Positions 39,910 through 49,174 of a stretch of 64,000 nucleotides of DNA are shown here, one piece after another. Position numbers and translations under genes: made by a program. This DNA comes from an uncultured bacterium. Its GTDB lineage: Bacteria; Verrucomicrobiota; Verrucomicrobiia; Verrucomicrobiales; DEV007. Each line of letters begins with the position of its first letter. The stretch's first letter is position 1. The stretch covers positions 1 through 64,000 of the forward strand of contig CAXBMO010000001.1 in NCBI GenBank assembly GCA_963977015.1, read 5' to 3'. Under the pieces are notes generated by a model, which saw only the letters and a program-made list of their open reading frames with translations, was not told where the DNA came from and ran no database searches.

Positions 39910-41364
39910 GTGAAAATTCTGATAACCAATTTCCGGCTGGCCGAACGGACCGCATCGGAGATTTACGCGCGCGACATTGCCAAGGCTCTCGTCGCGGGAG
40001 GAAATACGGTCGCGGTTTTCGCTTCAAAAAAAGGGGCGATCGCTTCGGAACTCGAGGAATGCGGCATTCCCGTTCTGGAGCATCCTTCGGATGTTCCCTT
40101 TCAACCTGACATCATTCATGGTCAGTTCAATCTGGAGACGATCACCGCGCTTCTGAGTTTTCCTGACGTTCCCGCGGTGTTCATGAGTCACGGCTCCCAG
40201 CAGTGGCGAGGTCAACCTCCCCGCCACCCGCGAATCCTGCGTTACATTGCGCATTCCGCACGAGTGGGGGACTGGTTGCTCAATCAACTCGGACTCAGCA
40301 AACGCTCCTTTCTTCTCGTGCCGAACTTCATTGAGATGGATCGCTTTCAAGAGATCCGTCGCTTGCCGGAAGAGCCTCGCCGGGCCCTGATTTACGATCG
40401 CGGAACGGCTCCGGGACGGCATTTGGATGCAATCCATCAAGCCTGCCGGTATGCGGGAATCGAACTGGATGTGATTTCCGAATTGGTCGGGAAAACATCA
40501 ACCCGCCCCGAAGTGTTGCTTCCGCAGTATGATTTGGTGTTTGCGGCTGGCAGACCCGCGATTGAGGCTTTGGCTTCGGGATGTGGCGTCATTACGCTCA
40601 ACGGAGGTCAGATCGGGAACCTGGTTACGACTGACAATTACGAGGCGATTCGGGATTGTAACTTTTCGCTCGACGATCAGCGCAAGGGACAATCCCAGAC
40701 CGTCGAAGAAATTCTCCTCGAAATCCAGAAATGGGATTGGCGCCGCCTCGCCCCGGTTCCGCGCCGGGTTCGGGAGGAACTCGATACCAAGATCGCCCGG
40801 ACGCGTCTTGAGCGGCTCTATCGGAAAACGATTCGCGACTTTGCCGACAATCCAGTGGATCCCCGCGACGAGTTTCCAGCCTTGGCGGAGTGGTTGATCA
40901 AGATGGCCGATCAGCACCATGCGGTGGATAGCGGCTTCCTCGCGATCCAAAACCGCGTTTCCAGTCTGCGGAACGATGGACGGAGAACGGAGGAACGGAA
41001 GGACAAATTGGCCCAGCAATTGGAGGCGGAAAAAGAGAAAGTGCGGGCTGCCAGACGTCTCCTGAATGACGGAAACCTCGTTCACCGGGGGTTGCGGAAG
41101 CGCATCGAAGGCGAGTGGAAGGAAATTGCCAAGAAAGGCGACGATGACCACTTCCTGCCCGCTGCGAAGAGCGCCAGCAGCATCGCCGCGCTGAAGCCGA
41201 AACCCAAGTCGAGCTTCACCGAAAATCACCTGCTTACCGAGGAGAATGGATTCGTCTTTGCCGAGGGCGTGGCAACGAACGGTTTTGAAAAGGGGCTGCC
41301 TCCGGCGAAGTTTCCCGACAAAGGGGAAGCCAAGGTGCGCTTCGGGATTGAATTACCACGATAA
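39910..41364 (+). CDS. GT-B (family 4-like) glycosyltransferase with C-terminal coiled coil
   Basis: MKIL, PDIIHG, VPN.I...F, GR.AIEALASGC.VI; charged heptad tail. Confidence 0.75.
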   Translation: MKILITNFRLAERTASEIYARDIAKALVAGGNTVAVFASKKGAIASELEECGIPVLEHPSDVPFQPDIIHGQFNLETITALLSFPDVPAVFMSHGSQQWRGQPPRHPRILRYIAHSARVGDWLLNQLGLSKRSFLLVPNFIEMDRFQEIRRLPEEPRRALIYDRGTAPGRHLDAIHQACRYAGIELDVISELVGKTSTRPEVLLPQYDLVFAAGRPAIEALASGCGVITLNGGQIGNLVTTDNYEAIRDCNFSLDDQRKGQSQTVEEILLEIQKWDWRRLAPVPRRVREELDTKIARTRLERLYRKTIRDFADNPVDPRDEFPALAEWLIKMADQHHAVDSGFLAIQNRVSSLRNDGRRTEERKDKLAQQLEAEKEKVRAARRLLNDGNLVHRGLRKRIEGEWKEIAKKGDDDHFLPAAKSASSIAALKPKPKSSFTENHLLTEENGFVFAEGVATNGFEKGLPPAKFPDKGEAKVRFGIELPR

Positions 41365-41483
41365 GGTTGGTGTTGGCGGACGGACGAAATTCGGTTTTCG
41401 CTGGGAGAGCTGAATCGTTTCGATAGCGCATTCCGGCTTTGGTCGCTTGGAGTCAGTCAGCACTCATCGATGAGAAACCCTTC

Positions 41484-42191
41484 ATGCCGCGAACCACGAC
41501 TCAAATTCGGATAATCCTGGCGCTGAGCTTTGGCCTCAGTTTTCCGCTGGTTTCCAATTCATTGTATTTCGTGGTCGCGGAAAACCCGGTTTTGGCCCGG
41601 ATCGGGTATTTTGCTTCCAAAGCGACTCTCCTCGCGTGGCCACTGGTTTGCTTCTACTTCCTCTTGCCCAGGCAACCGGGTGAAACACGACCAGGTCCCG
41701 CGAAAAAACAGATTGGATGGTCGCTTTTCATTGGGGTGCAAACTGGAGTCATCATCGTCGCTGCGATCGTCTTTCTGATGCAAACACCCCTCGGAGACGT
41801 GGTGCGGGAAGGCGGGGACGCCGTCAAGGATCGCGTGAGTCAACTCGGGTTTGACCGGAATTTTCTGGTCACCGCGCTCCTCATCTCCAGCGTTCATGCT
41901 GCGCTTGAGGAATACTACTGGCGTTGGTTCGCCTGGGGGCAGCTACGGCGCTTTGTGCCGGGAGGCTGGTCCCATGTCATCGCCGGATTCGCCTTCGCCG
42001 CGCATCACTACGTCATCGTCTGGGTATTTTTTACCCCATGGTTCGCGATTTTACTCGGAACCATGGTTGCCGTTGGCGGGATGATCTGGAGCGTCCTCTA
42101 TCAACGCACGGGAACGCTGATCGGGGCGTGGATCAGTCACATGTTCGTCGATCTCGCGATTTTTTGGGTCGGCTGGACCTTGATCCAGTGA
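41484..42191 (+). CDS. CPBP (CAAX/Abi) family intramembrane metalloprotease
   Basis: EEYYWR, FAAHH, W.SH...D; multiple TMs; ATG 41484. Confidence 0.88.
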   Translation: MPRTTTQIRIILALSFGLSFPLVSNSLYFVVAENPVLARIGYFASKATLLAWPLVCFYFLLPRQPGETRPGPAKKQIGWSLFIGVQTGVIIVAAIVFLMQTPLGDVVREGGDAVKDRVSQLGFDRNFLVTALLISSVHAALEEYYWRWFAWGQLRRFVPGGWSHVIAGFAFAAHHYVIVWVFFTPWFAILLGTMVAVGGMIWSVLYQRTGTLIGAWISHMFVDLAIFWVGWTLIQ

Positions 42192-42200
42192 TCTGGCGTT

Positions 42201-42842
42201 CTAAACATCCAGAAAGTCGACCACGCCGGTTTCCAGCGAGTATTCGGCACCAACGACCATTAGACCGTTGTCCTGAATCAGGCTTTCGAGAATTGCGGAA
42301 CCGTTGCGAAGCTGGTTGACGGACGCCCGGATATTGGCGCGAATCGCGATTTCGAGCAATTCTTCGGGACTCTTTCCGGATTCCGCTTCGACCAGGGTCT
42401 CAACCGCTGGGCGAATGCGATTGACGATCGATCTGAGATTGGGAGAGCGATTTTCCTGGGGAGTTTCCAGCTGATCCAGGGTTGCCTGGACGGCGCCGCA
42501 CATGGAATGCCCCATCACGACGACGAGAGGAGTCCCAAACTGGCTTGCCGCGAATTCGACGCTGCCGATCTGAGACGGAGCGACGATGTTTCCGGCAACC
42601 CGGATGACAAAGAGATCGCCCAGGCCCTGATCGAAAATGAGTTCTCCGGGAACACGTGAGTCGGAACAACCCAGAAGGATTGCGAACGGCGTTTGGCCCG
42701 AGACCAGTTCGCTGCGACGTTCCTGGCTGGGATGAGAGTGGAGACCGCGGACGTCAGCCTGAAACCTGAGGTTTCCTTCCTTGAGTCGTTCGAGAGCTTC
42801 TTGTGCGCTTTCCATGATGATTGAAGTGTTCAGTTCGTCCAT
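42201..42842 (-). CDS. Beta-class carbonic anhydrase
   Basis: GCSDSRV, DLFVIRVAGN, GHSMCGAV; start could be 42815. Confidence 0.93.
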   Translation of the reverse strand: MDELNTSIIMESAQEALERLKEGNLRFQADVRGLHSHPSQERRSELVSGQTPFAILLGCSDSRVPGELIFDQGLGDLFVIRVAGNIVAPSQIGSVEFAASQFGTPLVVVMGHSMCGAVQATLDQLETPQENRSPNLRSIVNRIRPAVETLVEAESGKSPEELLEIAIRANIRASVNQLRNGSAILESLIQDNGLMVVGAEYSLETGVVDFLDV

Positions 42843-42919
42843 CGTTGCTGTCAGGCAGCGTCACAGTCAATACGGAAGTTTTCGATTGCTGCATTGGTTC
42901 CAGACTCCAACTTTCTGAA

Positions 42920-44317
42920 ATGTCCAAAGGCCCAAACCCTCTCAGCCGAATTCCTGCGGTCGAAAAAGTGATCAACGCGCTGGAAAAGGCGGGTTCAATT
43001 CCGGAAAAGTTACCACGTCCGCTGGTGGTCGAGACGATTCGGCAGGAGATCGCCAATCTTCGGACGCAGGTTCAGGAAGGAAATGCTGAACCGGGCGAAT
43101 TTGATGAGATCGTGGCGGGGATTCAGGGGGAATTGGAGTCGTTGAATCGTTCTCGAATCCAGCCGGTCATCAACGGAACCGGCGTTTTGATTCATACCAA
43201 TCTGGGACGCTCGCCCTTGAGCTATGCGGTCGGAGACGCGATTCGAGAAATCGGGACGGGGTACAGCAATCTGGAATTGGATCTCGATTCCGGCAATCGC
43301 GGGAAACGAGGCGGATACCTCGAACGATGCCTGGCGCTCCTTTGCAACGCGGAAGCGGCGACCCTGGCCAACAATTGCGCTTCGGCTCTCATTCTCATTT
43401 TGAAGCACCTTGCGAACGGCGAGAAAAATGAAGTGGTGATTTCGCGGGGCGAATTGGTCGAGATCGGTGGCGGTTTCCGCATTCCCGAAATCATGGAAAC
43501 CAGCGGCGCGGCTCTCAGGGAAGTTGGCGCGACCAACAAGACGTCGTTGCGGGATTACGAGAAGGCGATTGGCCCAAACACGGGCATGTTGCTCAAGGTT
43601 CACCGGTCCAATTTCTACATCGAGGGCTTTGTCGATGAGCCCAGCACCGAAGAGTTGGTCGAATTGGGCCGGCGCTATGGAATTCCGGTCGTCGAGGATC
43701 TGGGCAGCGGAGCCATGGTCCAAACCGATGCCCTGGCGCCGATTCCGCACGAACCGACCGCGCCGGAAGTGTTGGCGCGCGGTGTGGATTTGGTTTGCGT
43801 CAGCGGCGACAAGCTGTTTGGCGGGCCTCAGGCGGGAATCATCGCCGGCCGGGCGGACATCGTCGCGGGACTGAAGCAGGAGCCGTTTTTCCGGGCGTTG
43901 CGTTGCGATAAACTGATTTTGACCGGGCTCCAGGCGGTCGTGAGCGAGTATTTGAACCAGGTTGGCGATTCGATTCCGGATTTGCCGCTCACGCGGATGC
44001 TGTCACTACGCAGCGCGGAGGATCTCAAGCCCCGGGCCCAAAAACTGGTTCGAAAGATGAAGGGCCTGAACATTTCGATCGGGGAGGGAATTGCCCGTTG
44101 TGGTGGCGGAACCATGCCCAAGGCGCAGATTCCATCGCTGACCCTCGATATTCGGCCGGAAACGATGAGCGTGAACAAGTTGGCGGAGCGCCTGAGAAAG
44201 GGGACTCCGCCGGTGATGGGCTACACCTCGGAGGACTGTTACAAAATCGACCTGCGAACCGTTCATCCGGATTTGGATGCAGCGTTGGCCGAAGCTCTCC
44301 TTTCCGCCCTTTCGTAG
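42920..44317 (+). CDS. selA: L-seryl-tRNA(Sec) selenium transferase
   Basis: VINGTGVLIHTNLGR, SRGELVEIGGGFRIP, EVGATN.T, KVH.SN, EDLGSG, SGDKLFGGPQAG, RALR.DK; ATG 42920. Confidence 0.93.
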   Translation: MSKGPNPLSRIPAVEKVINALEKAGSIPEKLPRPLVVETIRQEIANLRTQVQEGNAEPGEFDEIVAGIQGELESLNRSRIQPVINGTGVLIHTNLGRSPLSYAVGDAIREIGTGYSNLELDLDSGNRGKRGGYLERCLALLCNAEAATLANNCASALILILKHLANGEKNEVVISRGELVEIGGGFRIPEIMETSGAALREVGATNKTSLRDYEKAIGPNTGMLLKVHRSNFYIEGFVDEPSTEELVELGRRYGIPVVEDLGSGAMVQTDALAPIPHEPTAPEVLARGVDLVCVSGDKLFGGPQAGIIAGRADIVAGLKQEPFFRALRCDKLILTGLQAVVSEYLNQVGDSIPDLPLTRMLSLRSAEDLKPRAQKLVRKMKGLNISIGEGIARCGGGTMPKAQIPSLTLDIRPETMSVNKLAERLRKGTPPVMGYTSEDCYKIDLRTVHPDLDAALAEALLSALS

Positions 44318-44383
44318 AAGTCTCCGAACGTGAAATTCGTATTCAGTGATAGGAACGGTGGTTTGTACCCGTCGTTAAGGAGG

Positions 44384-45526
44384 ATGCCAAAATTTCCCCG
44401 TCGAGTGAATCCACTCATTCTTTGTCTGCTCCTGATGTTCGTCCCGATTTTTGCGGGCGCTCATCCGGTTCCAGCAATTCCGATTCGAGCCTATTTTCAG
44501 GAAGACGATTCGGTCACCTTTCGCGTCGAGATCGAAACGCGGGCGTTCGAGGAAAATCCGGACCAGGTTCAGTATGTCTATTTCAAAGATTTTCTGAACT
44601 TCAGCGAAAGGCAGCGGCATGAGCTGAAAAGCAAGGCAAGGGATTACGTCAGGGACCGTTTTGATCTGATTTTTGAACCGGGAGGCGAAATCGAGCCGGA
44701 CTTCAAATTTGAGTTCACCACTTGGAATAACGAGCCCCTGCGTGGGGCTTACGATTATGTGATGCTGACGGGAACGTGGACGACCGAAGTTCCCGAAGGC
44801 AGCACCGGGTACAAAGTGAAGGCAGGCGACAAGGATCAATTCGTCGTCGAATCCTACCAGTTCTGGCGAGATCAACCCTTGGAGCGCTGGGCTGCCCTGT
44901 GGCCCAATGAAATGAGCTTCGTCCGGGATTTGGCGAAACTCAGGGAGGCGGAAGTCGCGACGGAAGTCGAGACTCACGATTTTGGGCCGGTGGTTGTGAG
45001 CTATCTCCGGGCGGGATTGGTTTCGGTTTTCTCATGGCCGGGTGCCGAACTGATCATTTTTGCCCTGCTGTTGATGTTGCTGGTTCAGGAATGGAAACCT
45101 CGGGCGATTCAGGCTGTCGCGTTCCTGGGGGCGATCGCTCTGATGTTGTCGCTCGGCTCCCTTGGAATGCTCCGATTTCCGGTTTCCCTGCTGGCGTTCC
45201 TGATGGGGGCAGGTGTCCTCGTCATCGCACTCGACAATATCTTTCGACCTGGATTTACGTCATGGCGGATTTTACTCGTTACCCTTTTTGGCCTGGTTCA
45301 CGGAGCCGTCCTTGCGCGTCTTTTGGGTGATTTTCGACTGGTCGGCGATGAGGCCGCGACAGGGCTGATCGGATTTGTTGGTGGAATTGCTGCTGGGTTA
45401 CTCGCGATTTTTCTCGTCTCGTGGGCGATCACCTTCTGGGTCCGGAAACCTGTCTTTCGCAGGATGATTGCCGTTCCTGGCTCCATTGTTCTTGCCGTGG
45501 CAGGGGTGGTTTTTTTGGTCGTCTGA
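44384..45526 (+). CDS. HupE/UreJ-like membrane protein with periplasmic N-terminal domain
   Basis: Signal peptide ending AH; about six C-terminal TMs with A.DN and FGLVHG; start 44384 or 44405. Confidence 0.7.
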   Translation: MPKFPRRVNPLILCLLLMFVPIFAGAHPVPAIPIRAYFQEDDSVTFRVEIETRAFEENPDQVQYVYFKDFLNFSERQRHELKSKARDYVRDRFDLIFEPGGEIEPDFKFEFTTWNNEPLRGAYDYVMLTGTWTTEVPEGSTGYKVKAGDKDQFVVESYQFWRDQPLERWAALWPNEMSFVRDLAKLREAEVATEVETHDFGPVVVSYLRAGLVSVFSWPGAELIIFALLLMLLVQEWKPRAIQAVAFLGAIALMLSLGSLGMLRFPVSLLAFLMGAGVLVIALDNIFRPGFTSWRILLVTLFGLVHGAVLARLLGDFRLVGDEAATGLIGFVGGIAAGLLAIFLVSWAITFWVRKPVFRRMIAVPGSIVLAVAGVVFLVV

Positions 45527-45693
45527 ATTTTTTCGGTCTCTGTAGACAAAATTCGACCGGGGTGGCGATCCATCTCTAGTAGAATGTTGTCTTCGACAGT
45601 TTCAGAAAATTCAGGATCGGGCGCGTCGGGCCAGTCCTCTTTTGGAAGTTGTCGGAGCGAAACCTGACATTCGCATCAACTCCCTAACCACTA

Positions 45694-47202
45694 ATGATGA
45701 AAAAACGTTCATTACTTGTTGTATTTACCGTTGCTGTTGCCGCCGCGTTCCCGATCCTCGCACAGAAAGATCAGGAAGGATTGCGCGGTCGTCTTTCGAT
45801 TGAAGATTCCGCTCCGGAACGTTCCGGTCCGCTGGGCGGCTATGCGAACATTGTCGACGAAGTCTCACCCGCGGTCGTATCGATCGTGACGACAGTCGGC
45901 GCTCGCGCCCAACAAACCACAACCCTGCCGGATCTCTTCAATGATCCAATGTTTCGGCGCTTCTTCGGCGATCCGTTTGGCGACCCTAACTCACCACAAG
46001 GGCGTCAGCGCGAACCCATGCCGGCACCCAAGCGCCAAGGCCAGGGATCAGGCGTGGTGCTGACAAGCGACGGTTACATCGCGACCAACAACCACGTGAT
46101 TGAAAACGCGGAAAAAATCGAAGTCACCCTGCCCGGTGATCGTTCGAGTTACGAAGCTGAAGTTGTCGGGACTGATCCGGCGACCGATTTGGCGCTGATC
46201 AAAATCGACCGCAGCGATCTCCCCTTTGTCCAGGTTGGCGATAGCGCCCAGATGAAGCCGGGTGACACCGTTTTGGCGATCGGAAACCCATTTGGGCTTA
46301 GTCAGACAGTAACCACGGGAATCGTCAGCGCGATCGGTCGCAAGAGCCTTGGCATCACCGGCCGCAATGGCTATGAAAACTTCATCCAGACCGATGCCTC
46401 GATCAATCCCGGAAACTCCGGAGGTGCGTTGATCGACAACAAAGGTCGCCTCATTGGAATCAATACGGCCATCTTTTCGCGCTCCGGTGGCAACAACGGA
46501 ATTGGTTTTGCCATCCCCGTGAATCTGGCGGTCGACATCATGGATCGCCTGTTGGCTGATGGAGAGGTCCGCCGCGGATTCCTTGGTGTGACAATTGGCG
46601 ACGTGACTCCTGATCTGGCACAGGGATTTGGGGTCGAGCCGAAAGGAGCCCTCGTGAACGAGGTGAATCCGGATACGCCAGCCGCTGCCGCGGGAATGAA
46701 GCCAGGTGACATCATCGTCAATTTCGACGGGAACGAAGTCACCGATGTTGCGGCGCTGCGGTTTGTTGTCGCCAATACCAATCCTGGGAAAAAGGTGGAT
46801 GTGGACGTGATTCGCCAAGGAAAGACCGAAACGCTCAAGGTTCAGTTGGGCAAGCTTCCCGGTTCTGAGGTTGCCTCGACAGGACGGAGAACGGAAGGCA
46901 GTCCGTCGGCAAAGACGGAATTCCTCCCCGGGGTTGAAGTGGCTTCTCTCACCGAAGATGCTCGCAACCAGGTTAATCTTCCCGAAGGAATGAACGGCGT
47001 GGTGGTCGTGTCAGTCGATGCCAGCTCCAAGGCCGCGGACGCGGGCTTGCGCAGCGGCGATGTTGTCGTCAGCGTAAACCGTCAGAATGTTTCTTCACCG
47101 GCGGATGCTGCGAAAGCATCGAAAAATGCTTCAGGGCGGGTCATCGTTCTCCGCATTTTCAATCAGGGCGGATCTCGCTTCCTCGCTGTTGAAAAGGGAT
47201 AA
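45694..47202 (+). CDS. Do/DegQ-family (HtrA) periplasmic serine endoprotease with two PDZ domains
   Basis: GSGV, TNNHV, TDLA, QTDASINPGNSGG; two PDZ domains. Confidence 0.95.
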   Translation: MMKKRSLLVVFTVAVAAAFPILAQKDQEGLRGRLSIEDSAPERSGPLGGYANIVDEVSPAVVSIVTTVGARAQQTTTLPDLFNDPMFRRFFGDPFGDPNSPQGRQREPMPAPKRQGQGSGVVLTSDGYIATNNHVIENAEKIEVTLPGDRSSYEAEVVGTDPATDLALIKIDRSDLPFVQVGDSAQMKPGDTVLAIGNPFGLSQTVTTGIVSAIGRKSLGITGRNGYENFIQTDASINPGNSGGALIDNKGRLIGINTAIFSRSGGNNGIGFAIPVNLAVDIMDRLLADGEVRRGFLGVTIGDVTPDLAQGFGVEPKGALVNEVNPDTPAAAAGMKPGDIIVNFDGNEVTDVAALRFVVANTNPGKKVDVDVIRQGKTETLKVQLGKLPGSEVASTGRRTEGSPSAKTEFLPGVEVASLTEDARNQVNLPEGMNGVVVVSVDASSKAADAGLRSGDVVVSVNRQNVSSPADAAKASKNASGRVIVLRIFNQGGSRFLAVEKG

Positions 47203-47238
47203 TCAAAATCCGCTTTCTACCCAATCATTCTAAGTCGC

Positions 47239-47272
47239 AGGGATGAGCTCGAAAGTCGGGCTCATCCCTTTT
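47239..47272 (+). terminator. Rho-independent terminator after the Do protease gene
   Basis: AGGGATGAGCTCGA-aag-TCGGGCTCATCCCT followed by TTT. Confidence 0.8.
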
Positions 47273-47284
47273 CGCTGAACTTCA

Positions 47285-47761
47285 ATGCACGACCTCGAAG
47301 CCATCCTCGAACAGGCAAAGAAACACTGTACCATCGCGGTCAACGGGATTCACGGCGTGTCGCATTGGCAGCGTGTGCGCGAGAATGGCATTCGTGTTGC
47401 GGAAGTTTCGGGAGCAAACCAGGATGTGGTGGAGCTCTTTGCCTACCTTCACGATTGCTGTCGAATGAATGATTGGCTGGACCCGCGACATGGTCCGCGA
47501 GCGGCTGACTATGCAGAAACGCTGCGAGGCTCAATGATCCATTTGGCGGACGACGACTTCGCGCTCCTTTATGAGGCAATTCACGATCACACGTCCGGTC
47601 ATCATCACGAGGATGTCACGATCGGGACGTGTTGGGACGCGGATCGTCTCGACATCGGCAGAGTTGGCCGTCGTCCTTCGCGGAAGTATTTGTCGACGAA
47701 AGCGGCCAAGGACGAAGACGTCATGACGTGGGCCTACCAGCGAAGCCTGGCCGCTCGCTGA
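47285..47761 (+). CDS. Small HD-superfamily metal-dependent phosphohydrolase
   Basis: HG..HW.RV, YLHDCCR, HG..AA, CWDADRLD.GRVG. Confidence 0.8.
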   Translation: MHDLEAILEQAKKHCTIAVNGIHGVSHWQRVRENGIRVAEVSGANQDVVELFAYLHDCCRMNDWLDPRHGPRAADYAETLRGSMIHLADDDFALLYEAIHDHTSGHHHEDVTIGTCWDADRLDIGRVGRRPSRKYLSTKAAKDEDVMTWAYQRSLAAR

Positions 47762-47767
47762 AATCTT

Positions 47768-49114
47768 CTACTTGCGCAAATCGTAGGCGATGAGCCGGGA
47801 GCCGAGCGCGTTTTGGTTCACGAAAAGCAGTCCCCGGCTCAAGGCGGGCGCTCCCCAGGTTTCCGGCGCGCGGAACAGTTGGGCCTTGCTCAAGATCGTG
47901 ACTCCCTTTGGGGAGAGATCGAGCCAGAGCAGCGACCCTTGTGCGCCGAGGCAGAGAAACGCGCCGTCTGCCCGCAGCAGACTTCCACGACCGGGCAGGG
48001 CTCGGCTGGCGCCAATCTCGATGGCCAGTCCATCTCGCCAGACTTCGCGACCGGACTCTGCCTCATAACAAACCAGCTCGGTCCCACTGGCCGAACTGCC
48101 GTCGAATCCGTAGAGGTGGCCTTCATGCAAAACCGGCGTGGTAATCTGGCTCCCAAAACGAGGGGCTTTCCAGACCAGTTCGGCTTTTCCGGTCGGTGGG
48201 AACCGGATCAAGCCGCCGCCTTCGGTGTAGGATTCGGTAATAAACACACCATTCCCCACGACGACGGGAGATGCTGCGTTGACGCTGGCGAACATGCTCG
48301 CCCGCCAGGGAAACGCGCCGTCGATTTTGCCGTTTGCCGGATCGAGGCTGAGGAGGCCGCCGCTGGGAGGATTGGTCATTCCGCCGGTGAGGACCATGAC
48401 GCGTTTTTTTCCGTGAATCGTGGCCGGAACGGGCGACGCGTAGCTGGCTTGCCACTGGTGTGGGGTGGCCCAAACTTCCTTGCCCGTCTTTTTGTCGAGC
48501 GCGACGACGCAGGCTCGTCCTCCGGTGTTCAGGATCAGGTGCTCGCCCAGCACGAGGGGTGACGAACCGCGTCCGAAGAAGAACGGCGCATCGCCATACT
48601 CCTCGTTCAGGTTCTTCTTCCAGACCACCTCTCCCGTTTGGAGATGGAAGCAATGGAGATCGCCGCGGAGACCGACGCTGAACGTCAGGTCGCCATCAAT
48701 CACCGCAGGCGCGCGCGGTGCATCCTGCTGACCGTAGCTGGAGCCGAGCGTTACCGGGTAGTCGAACTTCCAATGCCGTTTCCCGGTTTCGGGATGCAGG
48801 CATTCCACCAACTCGCGGCTGTTCAATTCGTGAAAGAGCACCACGTAATCGCCCTTGACCACGGCCGGAGCGTGTCCGCTGCCGCGTTCGACCTCCCAGA
48901 TGGGCGTTGGACCGGATTCCGGCCAGTCTTTGAGCAACTGGGTTTCCGGGGAATGGAGATTGTGGTTGGGACCCAGAAAACGCGGCCAATCGGACGTAAC
49001 GGCTTCGTGATTGAGCGGTTCTGGCGCGGAATGGAAGGTGAGGCGATCGAAATCTTCCGGTTCGGCCGAAGCATAAGCGGCAAGCGCCAGAAAAAGGCAA
49101 AAATGGCGTTTCAT
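47768..49114 (-). CDS. Secreted PQQ-binding-like beta-propeller protein
   Basis: DWPRFLGP, ASYASP, TG..W repeats. Confidence 0.87.
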   Translation of the reverse strand: MKRHFCLFLALAAYASAEPEDFDRLTFHSAPEPLNHEAVTSDWPRFLGPNHNLHSPETQLLKDWPESGPTPIWEVERGSGHAPAVVKGDYVVLFHELNSRELVECLHPETGKRHWKFDYPVTLGSSYGQQDAPRAPAVIDGDLTFSVGLRGDLHCFHLQTGEVVWKKNLNEEYGDAPFFFGRGSSPLVLGEHLILNTGGRACVVALDKKTGKEVWATPHQWQASYASPVPATIHGKKRVMVLTGGMTNPPSGGLLSLDPANGKIDGAFPWRASMFASVNAASPVVVGNGVFITESYTEGGGLIRFPPTGKAELVWKAPRFGSQITTPVLHEGHLYGFDGSSASGTELVCYEAESGREVWRDGLAIEIGASRALPGRGSLLRADGAFLCLGAQGSLLWLDLSPKGVTILSKAQLFRAPETWGAPALSRGLLFVNQNALGSRLIAYDLRK

Positions 49115-49174
49115 AGCCGCATTCTGGTCGGCAACGGGAGAGAATGCGAACGGGAAATGCCAAGCTTCCGGGGA

